Shown in pieces: positions 43,984 to 52,629 of a DNA stretch of 64,000 bases. The stretch lies in contig DUEG01000001.1 in the NCBI GenBank assembly GCA_011176615.1, forward strand, positions 209 through 64,208. The letters are read 5' to 3'. This DNA comes from Anaerolineae bacterium. GTDB lineage: Bacteria > Chloroflexota > Anaerolineae > Anaerolineales > UBA11858. The translations under genes and the position numbers were made by a program. Position 1 is the first letter of the stretch; the number at the start of each line of letters is the position of its first letter. Under the pieces are notes generated by a model, which was not told the origin of the DNA, did no database searches, and was given only the letters and a program-made list of their open reading frames with translations.

Positions 43984-46641
43984 ATGATTAAATCAACGCT
44001 CTCCCCCATCCCGACAAATGAGCCTTGGCCAAGACAATACGTGCAAAAATTAGTCGAAACTGCATTGAGTGCAAATTCAATTAGGTTTGCAAGAGCTTTA
44101 TCGGAAGCCTGGCTAGATAACTTTCCTGGTGATTTAACCTTTCACTTTCTCCTGGCAAAATCCTGGTTTGCACTAAAAAGACTTAACAAGGCAACTGGAA
44201 TCATCAAGAAAGTAATAGATACGGATCCGGAATATCTTGCAGCACAAAGACTATACCAAAAGTTGCTCCTGTCTCTAAAGCATCCATCCCTTCCTATCGT
44301 GAATGGTGATGTCTATGTTCTCAGCGGTAAGTATGAAGGTAAGATCAAATTGCCAAAGTGGAGCGAGACCTTGATTTATGCAAGACGAGCAATCAATCAA
44401 GAGAATTTTCAACTTGCCGAAAAATTAACTCACGAAATTCTTGGACAAGACCCTCCCACCCCATTAGGAGCAATTACTCACATACGCGCAATGATCGGTT
44501 CACCGATAAATCTTTCGCGACCACCTATTTCCTCATTACAGAAAATCACCGAATTCTATCATAAAAAGTGGCCATCATGCCTTCTTTTCGACCTGGTTTT
44601 AGCGGATACTCTCCTGGATACTGGTCAGGAAGATCAAGCCGTTTCAATGATCCATCATGCAGCCTCGCGAGACTCTTCTGGACAAGTTGCGAAGAGATTA
44701 TGGGGACCTAAGCATCCTTACTTAAACATGTGGCTTAAAAATATGGAAGCCCGCTTTGATATACCAATTCCTGCGGATGTCTCTACGGTTTTAGGATGGA
44801 ACCAGCTTCCTATCGGGTCATCAGGGTCAGACGAACCTCTCGTTCAGGAGGAAGAAAATAACAAACTAAAAACACCTTTCGAATTTGATATTAATCTCAT
44901 TGAAACCAAAAATAAACATGGGGAAAAACAAAAAGAATCTGAGTCACTAGAATCCGTAAAAGAACAATTAGAACGAGTCGCTAAAAGAATAAAGAGACCT
45001 GACCTAATTCAAGCAGACGGTCGATATCCTGTCTATGTTGTTTTTACAACAAAACAAGGTTTGATCTCAAAATATGGCGTGGATACAGCAGAAATGATTG
45101 ACAAAGAACTCCAGCAAATCGTTTCGGCGGTTCGAGATAAAGAAAACTGGGGTGCAGTTCTTGTGTACGCAGATGATCCGATTTGTATGGCAGCATTCGA
45201 TCTCAAACCAGCAAAGGCAAATGACCCTTGGAGTTTGAAATTATTAATATCTGAATTAGATAAAAAACTCGGCGAAAAAGGATCAATGATTGGTTCTTTA
45301 CTTATCATTGGAGGACCCGATGTTGTTCCCTATCATATGTTACCCAATCCAACCGATGATATAGATGCAGAAGTGCCATCCGACAATCCTTATGCAACAC
45401 GGGACGAAAACTATTTCATTCCAGAGTGGCCGACCGGTCGTTTGCCTGATGGATTTGGAAATGATCCGGGGCTATTGATCAGTGTTCTCAGAAAAATTTC
45501 TGAGTATCACTGGAACCAGAATCATAAAAATACCAATCCATTCAAGATATGGATAGAGCAGATTATTGCTTTCTTTAAAGGTAAGCACAATTCCAAGCGC
45601 AAACCTTTTGGATTCAGTGCTGAGGCATGGTTAAGAGCATCTGTTTCCGTATATAAGACAATTGGAAAACCGGAAGAAATTGTCACTTCACCACCGAATG
45701 GATTGTCAAATGGGTTCTCTTTATCTCCCTACCACTTAGGATATTTCAACTTGCACGGTTTACCCGATGCGCCCGAATGGTACGGACAAAGTGACCCACA
45801 AACGAATCAAGGAGAGATTTATTATCCAATCGCTATTCACCCAAACGATTTAAACAATGGTAAGGAAACCGGCTCTCACCAAACACGTGTTCCTAAAATT
45901 GTTTTTACAGAGGCTTGCTTTGGCGCAAACATTATTGACAAAATAATTGATGAATCTCTAGCGTTAAAATTTATCGTCTCAGGAACAAAAGTATTCATCG
46001 GGTCAACAGCGATTGCTTATGGCTCAATCGACATGAATCTCACTTCCGCAGATTTGCTTGGTAAAACATTTTGGCGTTTTGTCAAAGACGGCTACACTAC
46101 AGGGGAAGCGCTATATCGTGCAAAGATTTTTTACGCGAAAGAGATGCACGAGCGTAATGATTACCTCGACGGTGAAGATCAAAAGACATTGATTTCCTTC
46201 ATTCACTTCGGTGATCCTCTCTATCATTCGCCAATATTCCAGAAGAGTTACGCCAAACTCAAAGATCAACAAGCGGACATGGGAATCCTAAGAGTTAAAG
46301 CACCCATCGAAGAAATTAATACTGTTTGTGATAACTGTGAAACCTGGAACGATGGCGATTCCATTCCCCCGCAAGTCATGGCACATGTCAAAGCAGTTGT
46401 AGAACAATATCTGCCAACAATGTCTGGCGCTCATGTTACTGTCCACCAAGATGAAATCTCCTGCTTAAATTCAGAATCAGTTTGCTTAAATGGTTCAACA
46501 AGCAAAAAAGTAACCCTGAAGAATCATAGAGTTGTTGTTCTAAACAAGCAAATAAAACAGGCTAAACATCTCCATAATCGTTATGCACGCTTAACCTTAG
46601 ATAATAGCGACAAAATTGTCAAGATATCAGTATCAAGATAA
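43984..46641 (+). CDS. 885-aa protein with a TPR-like N-terminus and a C-terminal gingipain/C25-like (clan CD) cysteine peptidase domain; no signal peptide
   Basis: C25-like motif order: YVVFTT.., LLIIGGPDVVPYHML, SDNPYA, TGRLP, YFNLHG (His591, nt 45754-45756), IVFTEACFGAN (Cys645, nt 45916-45918), VFIGSTAIAYG, TTGEALYRAK, FIHFGDPLY. The fold call is by motif resemblance and was not searched. Confidence 0.6.
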   Translation: MIKSTLSPIPTNEPWPRQYVQKLVETALSANSIRFARALSEAWLDNFPGDLTFHFLLAKSWFALKRLNKATGIIKKVIDTDPEYLAAQRLYQKLLLSLKHPSLPIVNGDVYVLSGKYEGKIKLPKWSETLIYARRAINQENFQLAEKLTHEILGQDPPTPLGAITHIRAMIGSPINLSRPPISSLQKITEFYHKKWPSCLLFDLVLADTLLDTGQEDQAVSMIHHAASRDSSGQVAKRLWGPKHPYLNMWLKNMEARFDIPIPADVSTVLGWNQLPIGSSGSDEPLVQEEENNKLKTPFEFDINLIETKNKHGEKQKESESLESVKEQLERVAKRIKRPDLIQADGRYPVYVVFTTKQGLISKYGVDTAEMIDKELQQIVSAVRDKENWGAVLVYADDPICMAAFDLKPAKANDPWSLKLLISELDKKLGEKGSMIGSLLIIGGPDVVPYHMLPNPTDDIDAEVPSDNPYATRDENYFIPEWPTGRLPDGFGNDPGLLISVLRKISEYHWNQNHKNTNPFKIWIEQIIAFFKGKHNSKRKPFGFSAEAWLRASVSVYKTIGKPEEIVTSPPNGLSNGFSLSPYHLGYFNLHGLPDAPEWYGQSDPQTNQGEIYYPIAIHPNDLNNGKETGSHQTRVPKIVFTEACFGANIIDKIIDESLALKFIVSGTKVFIGSTAIAYGSIDMNLTSADLLGKTFWRFVKDGYTTGEALYRAKIFYAKEMHERNDYLDGEDQKTLISFIHFGDPLYHSPIFQKSYAKLKDQQADMGILRVKAPIEEINTVCDNCETWNDGDSIPPQVMAHVKAVVEQYLPTMSGAHVTVHQDEISCLNSESVCLNGSTSKKVTLKNHRVVVLNKQIKQAKHLHNRYARLTLDNSDKIVKISVSR

Positions 46642-46698
46642 ATCATTCCCCTAAACAAGCGCTTAATCTTCTACATACGCGTTTGTTTATTTAATACA

Positions 46699-47187
46699 TC
46701 ATAAATCTACAAATGAAATTGTAGAAGCCTCTACTTCTAATATTGCGATAGTACTTCTGCCATTTAGCCCCATCAATTCTCCTGGGTTGACCAACCGTGT
46801 GCGTCCAATCATTTCATCATGAATTGTATGATCATGACCATAGCAAACGAGGTTATAGCGCTGACTTTGAGCTAGGGCTTTTCCAATAGCCGGATAATGA
46901 TTTATGGCTATCTTAAACCCATTGAAATTAAATTCAGCAAATTCACCATGAATAGTAATATCACTTACTTTTTGAGCTGCCATTCCCAATGCTAGTTTAT
47001 CGCCATCATTATTCCCCCACACAATATGGATTGGAATACCTTGAATTTCTTTTGCTAAACGAGCAATCATGAATGGCGAAACAATGTCTCCACAATGTAA
47101 AATGGCATCAGATTCTTTTAGGTAAGGGTAAGCTTTTTCTAATTTCCAGACATTGTCATGGGTGTCACTTATTATGGCTATGTGCAT
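46699..47187 (-). CDS. YfcE/MJ0936-type metallophosphoesterase
   Basis: ISDTHDN, CGDIV, GNNDGD and GHDH motif series. 162 aa. Confidence 0.85.
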   Translation of the reverse strand: MHIAIISDTHDNVWKLEKAYPYLKESDAILHCGDIVSPFMIARLAKEIQGIPIHIVWGNNDGDKLALGMAAQKVSDITIHGEFAEFNFNGFKIAINHYPAIGKALAQSQRYNLVCYGHDHTIHDEMIGRTRLVNPGELMGLNGRSTIAILEVEASTISFVDL

Positions 47188-47466
47188 CGTTTACTCCTTT
47201 TCCTTTTAGCCTATAGCTTTTTTCCCTTCAAGCATTATATTCCAAATTAATTATGATGATAAATTAGACTAAGAAAATATTCTATCCATTAATACCCTGG
47301 AATCTGAGTATTAAATCATCAATGTACTTAATGTGTTCCCTTATTTTTCTTGTTGGCTAAATCAAAAATGTTCTAACGATATTAAACAATTCTTATAAAA
47401 ATCAGAAAATCCCGAAACACAAAAGATCGTATTCGATGCTTTTGTTTCTATGCTAAAATCATTAAT

Positions 47467-47919
47467 ATGAACGAGAGAAATATCGCAACGAATCGTAAAG
47501 CACGACATAACTATATCATTCTTGATACTTATGAGGCAGGTCTTATCCTCCAGGGTAGTGAGATAAAATCTATCCGCGCGGGTCGCGTGAGTATAAAAGA
47601 AGCCTATATCAGAGTTGAAGAAAACGAGGCTTGGTTGGTCGATGCTTATATTGCGCCTTATGATCAGGCTAGTCGTTTTAATCATGATCCAAGGCGCAAA
47701 CGCAAATTGCTCCTGCATCGAAAAGAGATATGGAAATTATGGGATCAAACCCGCCAACAAAATTTAGCAATCATTCCATTACGTATCTATCTCAAAAAGG
47801 GGCGAGCAAAAATAGAAATTGCCTTGGCAAAAGGCAAGAAACTATATGACAAAAGACGAACCCTCGCTAAGCGTGACGCTCAGCGAGAAATCGAAAGGCA
47901 ATTAGCGAAGAAAAGGTAA
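47467..47919 (+). CDS. smpB: SsrA-binding protein SmpB
   Basis: ATNRKARHNYIILDTYEAGLILQGSEIKS and a basic C-terminal tail. 150 aa. Confidence 0.95.
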   Translation: MNERNIATNRKARHNYIILDTYEAGLILQGSEIKSIRAGRVSIKEAYIRVEENEAWLVDAYIAPYDQASRFNHDPRRKRKLLLHRKEIWKLWDQTRQQNLAIIPLRIYLKKGRAKIEIALAKGKKLYDKRRTLAKRDAQREIERQLAKKR

Positions 47920-47930
47920 CCACTATCCAA

Positions 47931-48719
47931 ATGATAACCCCATCCTCCATTGGAAGTATCAATAAACTTCCAAAAAGTGAAAAGCGACAAATCTATACAC
48001 GATTAATACCTAAAGAATTGCTGGATACTTACCAAATCTCAGATACATTATATGACAAACAAGGTAATGATCTTATATCAATGAAATGCGATCCAGGCAC
48101 CAGCACCTTAGAATTATCCCTTTATCATCAATATGGTTTTATAGATCCGATCTTATATGGTCACATTACTGACACCTTAACAGGATATATTCACATCTTG
48201 CTTTATATATTAAATGATCCGTTTTCACCGCGCTTTGATGTTGATGTAATGAAAGATGGCACTCCTACTAAATTTGGTATTCTCCAACGTAACGTAGAGG
48301 CAGAAATTTCCGCAATGAAATCAGGGCTTGCCCCAGGTCAGATACGTAAAGGGCCTCATCTCCTCCCTGCTGCAATAAAAGCCTTCGAAGCGTTCGTCGA
48401 ATCACTTGGACATGACCGTTACTTTGCTGAACCGCTCTATTATCATAACGCAATCAACTTTGAACGATATGGTTTTGCGTACCAAATAGGTCGGCACTTA
48501 ATGGAGAGGATCCAAGAAGGCTTCTCAAACCCTGGAGATCTCCTTCCGCTACTTAATGGATCATCACCTTTCCGAATGCCAGAAGCAGCCAATAGTATAA
48601 GGCTCAGATCATGGGCAATTCATGATGGCATTTTAGGAAAACCTTTTACAAACGTCACAATGTATAAGCAGATTGGAAAACATGCAGGTTTCTCAACATG
48701 CCAAAACTGTACCTGGTGA
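47931..48719 (+). CDS. hypothetical protein (262 aa), function unknown
   Basis: Clean ORF starting 11 nt after smpB. No motif I can assign. The C-terminus contains CQNC. Confidence 0.6.
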   Translation: MITPSSIGSINKLPKSEKRQIYTRLIPKELLDTYQISDTLYDKQGNDLISMKCDPGTSTLELSLYHQYGFIDPILYGHITDTLTGYIHILLYILNDPFSPRFDVDVMKDGTPTKFGILQRNVEAEISAMKSGLAPGQIRKGPHLLPAAIKAFEAFVESLGHDRYFAEPLYYHNAINFERYGFAYQIGRHLMERIQEGFSNPGDLLPLLNGSSPFRMPEAANSIRLRSWAIHDGILGKPFTNVTMYKQIGKHAGFSTCQNCTW

Positions 48720-48722
48720 ACC

Positions 48723-49433
48723 ATGCTAAATAATAATATTATTGCCTTATTAATTACATTCACTATTTCTCTGGTTTGGCTCCGCATCAATGATTTCTTC
48801 GCGCATAAAGGTTGGATTAGTAGTCATATCAGCCGTAAGATTATTCATATGGGTACTGGCTTATTATTCGTCTTATGCTGGATACTCTTCAATGATGATC
48901 CTTTATCGAGGTACCTCGCTACACTGGTACCCTTTGTGATTACAATTCAATTTTTACTTGTGGGTACGGGAATTATCAAAGATGATGCAGCAGTTAAGGC
49001 TATGTCCAGATCGGGTGATAGAAGGGAGATTTTACGCGGACCATTATTCTATGGGATTATTTTTATCATCATAACTTTGTTTTATTGGAAAGATTCCGCC
49101 ATTGGTATAACTGCACTGATGTTATTATGCGGTGGTGATGGGTTCGCAGATATTCTAGGTAGAAAATTTGGAAAGAAACCTTTACCATGGGCAAAAAACA
49201 AAACGTGGATGGGTTCTCTAGGAATGTTCCTAGGAGGATGGGTTTTTTCAACCTTCATTCTAGCAATCTACACCCATTACGGGGTATTACTTGGAACAAT
49301 ATCAACTTATATATTCCCAATCACACTTGTTACTTTCATTGGCACGGTCACTGAATCGCTCCCATTAAAAGATATTGATAATATCACCATAACCCTCATT
49401 TCCATAATCGCGGGTATATTCTTATTCCCATAA
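48723..49433 (+). CDS. phytol/dolichol/diacylglycerol-kinase-like (CTP-dependent polyprenol kinase family) membrane protein
   Basis: Polytopic protein. CGGDGFADILGRKFGKKPLPWAKNKTWMGSLGMF matches the VTE5/dolichol-kinase/CdsA-type motif. Confidence 0.65.
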   Translation: MLNNNIIALLITFTISLVWLRINDFFAHKGWISSHISRKIIHMGTGLLFVLCWILFNDDPLSRYLATLVPFVITIQFLLVGTGIIKDDAAVKAMSRSGDRREILRGPLFYGIIFIIITLFYWKDSAIGITALMLLCGGDGFADILGRKFGKKPLPWAKNKTWMGSLGMFLGGWVFSTFILAIYTHYGVLLGTISTYIFPITLVTFIGTVTESLPLKDIDNITITLISIIAGIFLFP

Positions 49434-49465
49434 CCAAAATAATATCCATAATAGAAAAAATACCT

Positions 49466-51022
49466 ATGATAACAATAAATGGTCATCAATTAACAATCGA
49501 AGAAGTAATCAAAGTTGCACGCCATAACGAGATAGTTAAAATCGATCAATCCGCTTATGGACAAATTGAAGAATCAAGACATTGGGTTGATGAGATCACT
49601 CAAGCCGAGACGCCCGTTTACGGAATTAACACTGGTTTCGGGATATTTTCCGATCGGAAGATATCTAAAGCAGATGCAGCGTTATTAAGTAGAAAACTAA
49701 TCTTGAGCCATGCAGTTGGTACCGGTGAAAACCTTCCAATCGAGGTTGTGCGCGCTGCTATGCTAATTCGGGCAAACACATTGGCAAAAGGTTATTCAGG
49801 AGTTCGTCCAGTCATCATTGAAACGATAATACAAATGCTTAACAAGCATGTAACCCCTTTAGTCCCCTCTCAAGGCTCGCTAGGATCTTCTGGTGACCTC
49901 GCTCCTTTGTCTCACTTAGCACTAGTTTTTACCAATGACGAGCAAGATAATGATGAGGATTCCGGTTGGGCACTTTTCGATGGGGAAAAGATAAGCGGAA
50001 AAGCAGCCATGCATAAAGCGGGGATTCCCAGGATCTGTCTTCAAGAAAAAGAGGGCTTGGCACTCAATAATGGCGCATCCTTTTCCGCAGCCATTGCAGC
50101 AATTGCAGTTTACGACGCAGAATGCTTACTAACCTCCGCTGAGATAGCACTTGCAATGAGCATGGATGCATTGCTTGGTGTTTCGACCGCATATGACCAA
50201 AGAATCCACGCTGTACGTAATCACCCAGGTCAGGTTAAAGTCGCCGACAAAATTCGAAATTTAATCAAAGGAAGCACGCTTATTGATGCCACCGGGCGTG
50301 TACAAGACGCTTATTCATTACGATGCGCACCACAGGTCCAAGGCGCTGCAGAGGATGCCTTGACATTCATCCGCGACATGATTAGCAGGGAAATTAACGC
50401 AGCAACAGATAATCCTCTGTTATTCAGCCCAGGAATCGCACTCTCCGGCGGCAATTTTCATGGCGAACCCATCGGAATGGTCATGGACTTCCTTAGCATT
50501 GCCTTAACTGAAGTGGCTGGTATATCAGAAAGAAGAATATTCCGTTTAACTGATGGGAAATTGAACGAAGGACTTCCCCCAATGCTTGTAGATACCCCTC
50601 AGGATGCAGGGTTGAACTCGGGGATGATGATGCCTCAATATACTGCAGCCTCTCTCGTTCTAGAAAACCAAACTCTTTCTTCGCCAGACTCTATATACTC
50701 CCTCCCAACTTCTGCTGAACAAGAAGACCATAATGCAAACTCGATGACTGCGGCTCGACATGCTCTCCAGGTTACAGAGAATACTGCCCATGTAATCGCA
50801 ATAGAAGTATATTGTGCCGCGAGAGCATTAGATATACGTCTTCGGCAATACCCTGAAGCGAAAATGGGAAGAGGTGTTAGTATGGCGCATCAATTCATAC
50901 GTTCTCATATCCCTTATCAAGCAGGAGATATTTTGTGGGGTCCTGAAATCGAAAGAACAAAAAAACTCGTACGGACTCAAGAACTGAACAAATTCGTCAT
51001 GGGCGCCATTGACGTTAATTAA
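49466..51022 (+). CDS. histidine ammonia-lyase family (MIO-dependent aromatic amino acid lyase/mutase)
   Basis: 518 aa. The MIO region GSLGSSGDLAPLSH has Ser141-Ser142-Gly143 (nt 49886-49894), with NNG, SLRC and NFHGEP contexts. No hutU or hutI lies nearby. Confidence 0.85.
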   Translation: MITINGHQLTIEEVIKVARHNEIVKIDQSAYGQIEESRHWVDEITQAETPVYGINTGFGIFSDRKISKADAALLSRKLILSHAVGTGENLPIEVVRAAMLIRANTLAKGYSGVRPVIIETIIQMLNKHVTPLVPSQGSLGSSGDLAPLSHLALVFTNDEQDNDEDSGWALFDGEKISGKAAMHKAGIPRICLQEKEGLALNNGASFSAAIAAIAVYDAECLLTSAEIALAMSMDALLGVSTAYDQRIHAVRNHPGQVKVADKIRNLIKGSTLIDATGRVQDAYSLRCAPQVQGAAEDALTFIRDMISREINAATDNPLLFSPGIALSGGNFHGEPIGMVMDFLSIALTEVAGISERRIFRLTDGKLNEGLPPMLVDTPQDAGLNSGMMMPQYTAASLVLENQTLSSPDSIYSLPTSAEQEDHNANSMTAARHALQVTENTAHVIAIEVYCAARALDIRLRQYPEAKMGRGVSMAHQFIRSHIPYQAGDILWGPEIERTKKLVRTQELNKFVMGAIDVN

Positions 51023-51066
51023 CGCCATTATTATTTGATAATGAGAAATTCACAATAGAGTCCGCA

Positions 51067-51690
51067 TCAACGACGACGCAAGATAGATATTACGACACCA
51101 AACCCACCTAACATCCCTAAACCAATGATTATAAATCCCATTGGCAAGCCCCCTGAGAGATTTGTGTTTTCTTGGGGCGAGAAAGTTGGAATAACCAATG
51201 GAGGCGGGGGTGTAAAAGTGGGCATTCTTGTCGGAGGAATCTCAACAATGAATTGTGCCGCTAGCGTTGGGTCAACTGTTGGCGTTGTCCGTGGAGTTGG
51301 CGTTGGAGGCGGTTCAACAATCGGCAACTCGCCATTGACTCGAACGAGCGGGGAATACACCCAAGCCACACCCCCTTCGACACCCAAATAAATAATCTGG
51401 ATCCACAAACCCCCTGGTGTTCTACCGATTGCTGGGACTTGCTGCCTATTCAATAAAACACCAACTTCTGGATATTCTACGCCAGGTCCTGATCTCACAT
51501 TGATCTGGTCTACCGGATCAGAATACACAATTGCAATCGGACCAGTAGGAGTTCCTGTTACTGTCGGAATATCTACAGTGGGTTGCTGCGAATGACTTCC
51601 CGCATAACCATAAGAAATAGGGACGACTAAGAAAAAAAGAACCGTACTAAATATCGTCCCGATAATAGTCCACTTAACCCAAGATCTCAT
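51067..51690 (-). CDS. membrane-anchored SH3b-domain protein with a Pro/Thr-rich region and a C-terminal TM + RRR tail
   Basis: N-terminal TM segment. SH3b-like INVRSGPGVEYPEVGVL...GLWIQI. PT-rich PPPTPTPRTTPT. C-terminus LPMGFIIIGLGMLGGFGVVISILRRR. GGAGG SD present. Confidence 0.7.
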   Translation of the reverse strand: MRSWVKWTIIGTIFSTVLFFLVVPISYGYAGSHSQQPTVDIPTVTGTPTGPIAIVYSDPVDQINVRSGPGVEYPEVGVLLNRQQVPAIGRTPGGLWIQIIYLGVEGGVAWVYSPLVRVNGELPIVEPPPTPTPRTTPTVDPTLAAQFIVEIPPTRMPTFTPPPPLVIPTFSPQENTNLSGGLPMGFIIIGLGMLGGFGVVISILRRR

Positions 51691-51812
51691 TAAACCTCCA
51701 AACGCAACGCACCCAAAAATTTAACGTATATTATAGTAGAAAATAAGCAATACGAAAGACCTGCAAAATTCATAATGAACATACAGGCTTTCTTGATATA
51801 ATTCACATCAAT

Positions 51813-52397
51813 ATGACTACAAAAATATTTCACGGTGATATAAATCCTACCGATTTCGCACAAGCATTAATTGCAGAATTTAACAGCGGAAATCTTGCTG
51901 TACAGCAAATCGGCTCTCGTGACGAAATTGTCCTTCAAATTGCTACTCGCCAAATGAGGAGATCTGGGGGAAAAACAGCGATATCTATTGCAATAAAAAA
52001 AGTAGCCGATGGCGTTTCAATTGATGTTGGGAAACAATCATGGTTTGGAGTAGCCGCAAGTCTCGGAACGACAGCATTGGCGGCTTTAAGAAATCCATTT
52101 TCCTTATTAGGTAGATTGGATGATGTTGCACAAGATATCGAAAGCCTGCAATTAATAGAAGATATTTGGGATACGATTGACCAGGTGTCGCGCTCTGCAA
52201 ACGCAACATTCGAATTATCAGAAAGATTAAAGCGCATTGTTTGTGAATATTGTAATACCGCTAATCCCGTTGGTGTATCAAACTGCATCGCATGTGGCGC
52301 CCCCCTCGGTAATGTACAACCCAGAACATGCCCCCAATGTGGTTTTGTCTTAAAAGCAGACGACACCCGATGTCCTAATTGCGGATACACTCTCTAA
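51813..52397 (+). CDS. hypothetical protein with two C-terminal zinc-ribbon motifs
   Basis: CEYCNTANPVGVSNCIACG and CPQCGFVLKADDTRCPNCG. The N-terminal 140 aa are unassigned. Confidence 0.65.
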   Translation: MTTKIFHGDINPTDFAQALIAEFNSGNLAVQQIGSRDEIVLQIATRQMRRSGGKTAISIAIKKVADGVSIDVGKQSWFGVAASLGTTALAALRNPFSLLGRLDDVAQDIESLQLIEDIWDTIDQVSRSANATFELSERLKRIVCEYCNTANPVGVSNCIACGAPLGNVQPRTCPQCGFVLKADDTRCPNCGYTL

Positions 52398-52548
52398 ATC
52401 TCATTGCCATCGCTATAAAAACAGTTGCTCATTAAATTGAAAATCGGTAGAAATACCTTTTCAATTTAAAGAATTCTACCCGCCTTGCCATTGACCAGAA
52501 TTTCCCAACCTCTCCATTAATTATATGCCTTCCTCATCATAATTTAAT

Positions 52549-52601
52549 TTAACATTCTTTGGAAATTATGTTATAATATTTATGACGCAATGCGTCATAA
52601 A
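52549..52601 (+). promoter_or_regulatory. promoter plus palindromic operator candidate of the phasin-like/PhaR-like genes
   Basis: TTAACA at 52549-52554, a 17-nt spacer, then TGtTATAAT (hexamer at 52572-52577). A perfect inverted repeat follows at 52579-52601, ATTATGACGCA-a-TGCGTCATAAT, covering the predicted TSS. Confidence 0.55.
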
Positions 52602-52629
52602 CCTAGATTTTCATATATTGGAGGTAACA

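Noticed and set aside
46642-46698. Possible bidirectional terminator AAACAAGCG...CGCGTTTGTTT after the 885-aa gene.
   Set aside because: The stem requires two bulges and has only about 7 pairs with a 16-nt loop, which is too weak to call.
47188-47466. Possible tmRNA (ssrA) gene next to smpB.
   Set aside because: The 279-bp region is very AT-rich. It has no GGGG-type acceptor 5' end, no T-arm GGTTCGA motif and no tag reading frame ending in a hydrophobic ALAA-like peptide. ssrA must lie elsewhere.
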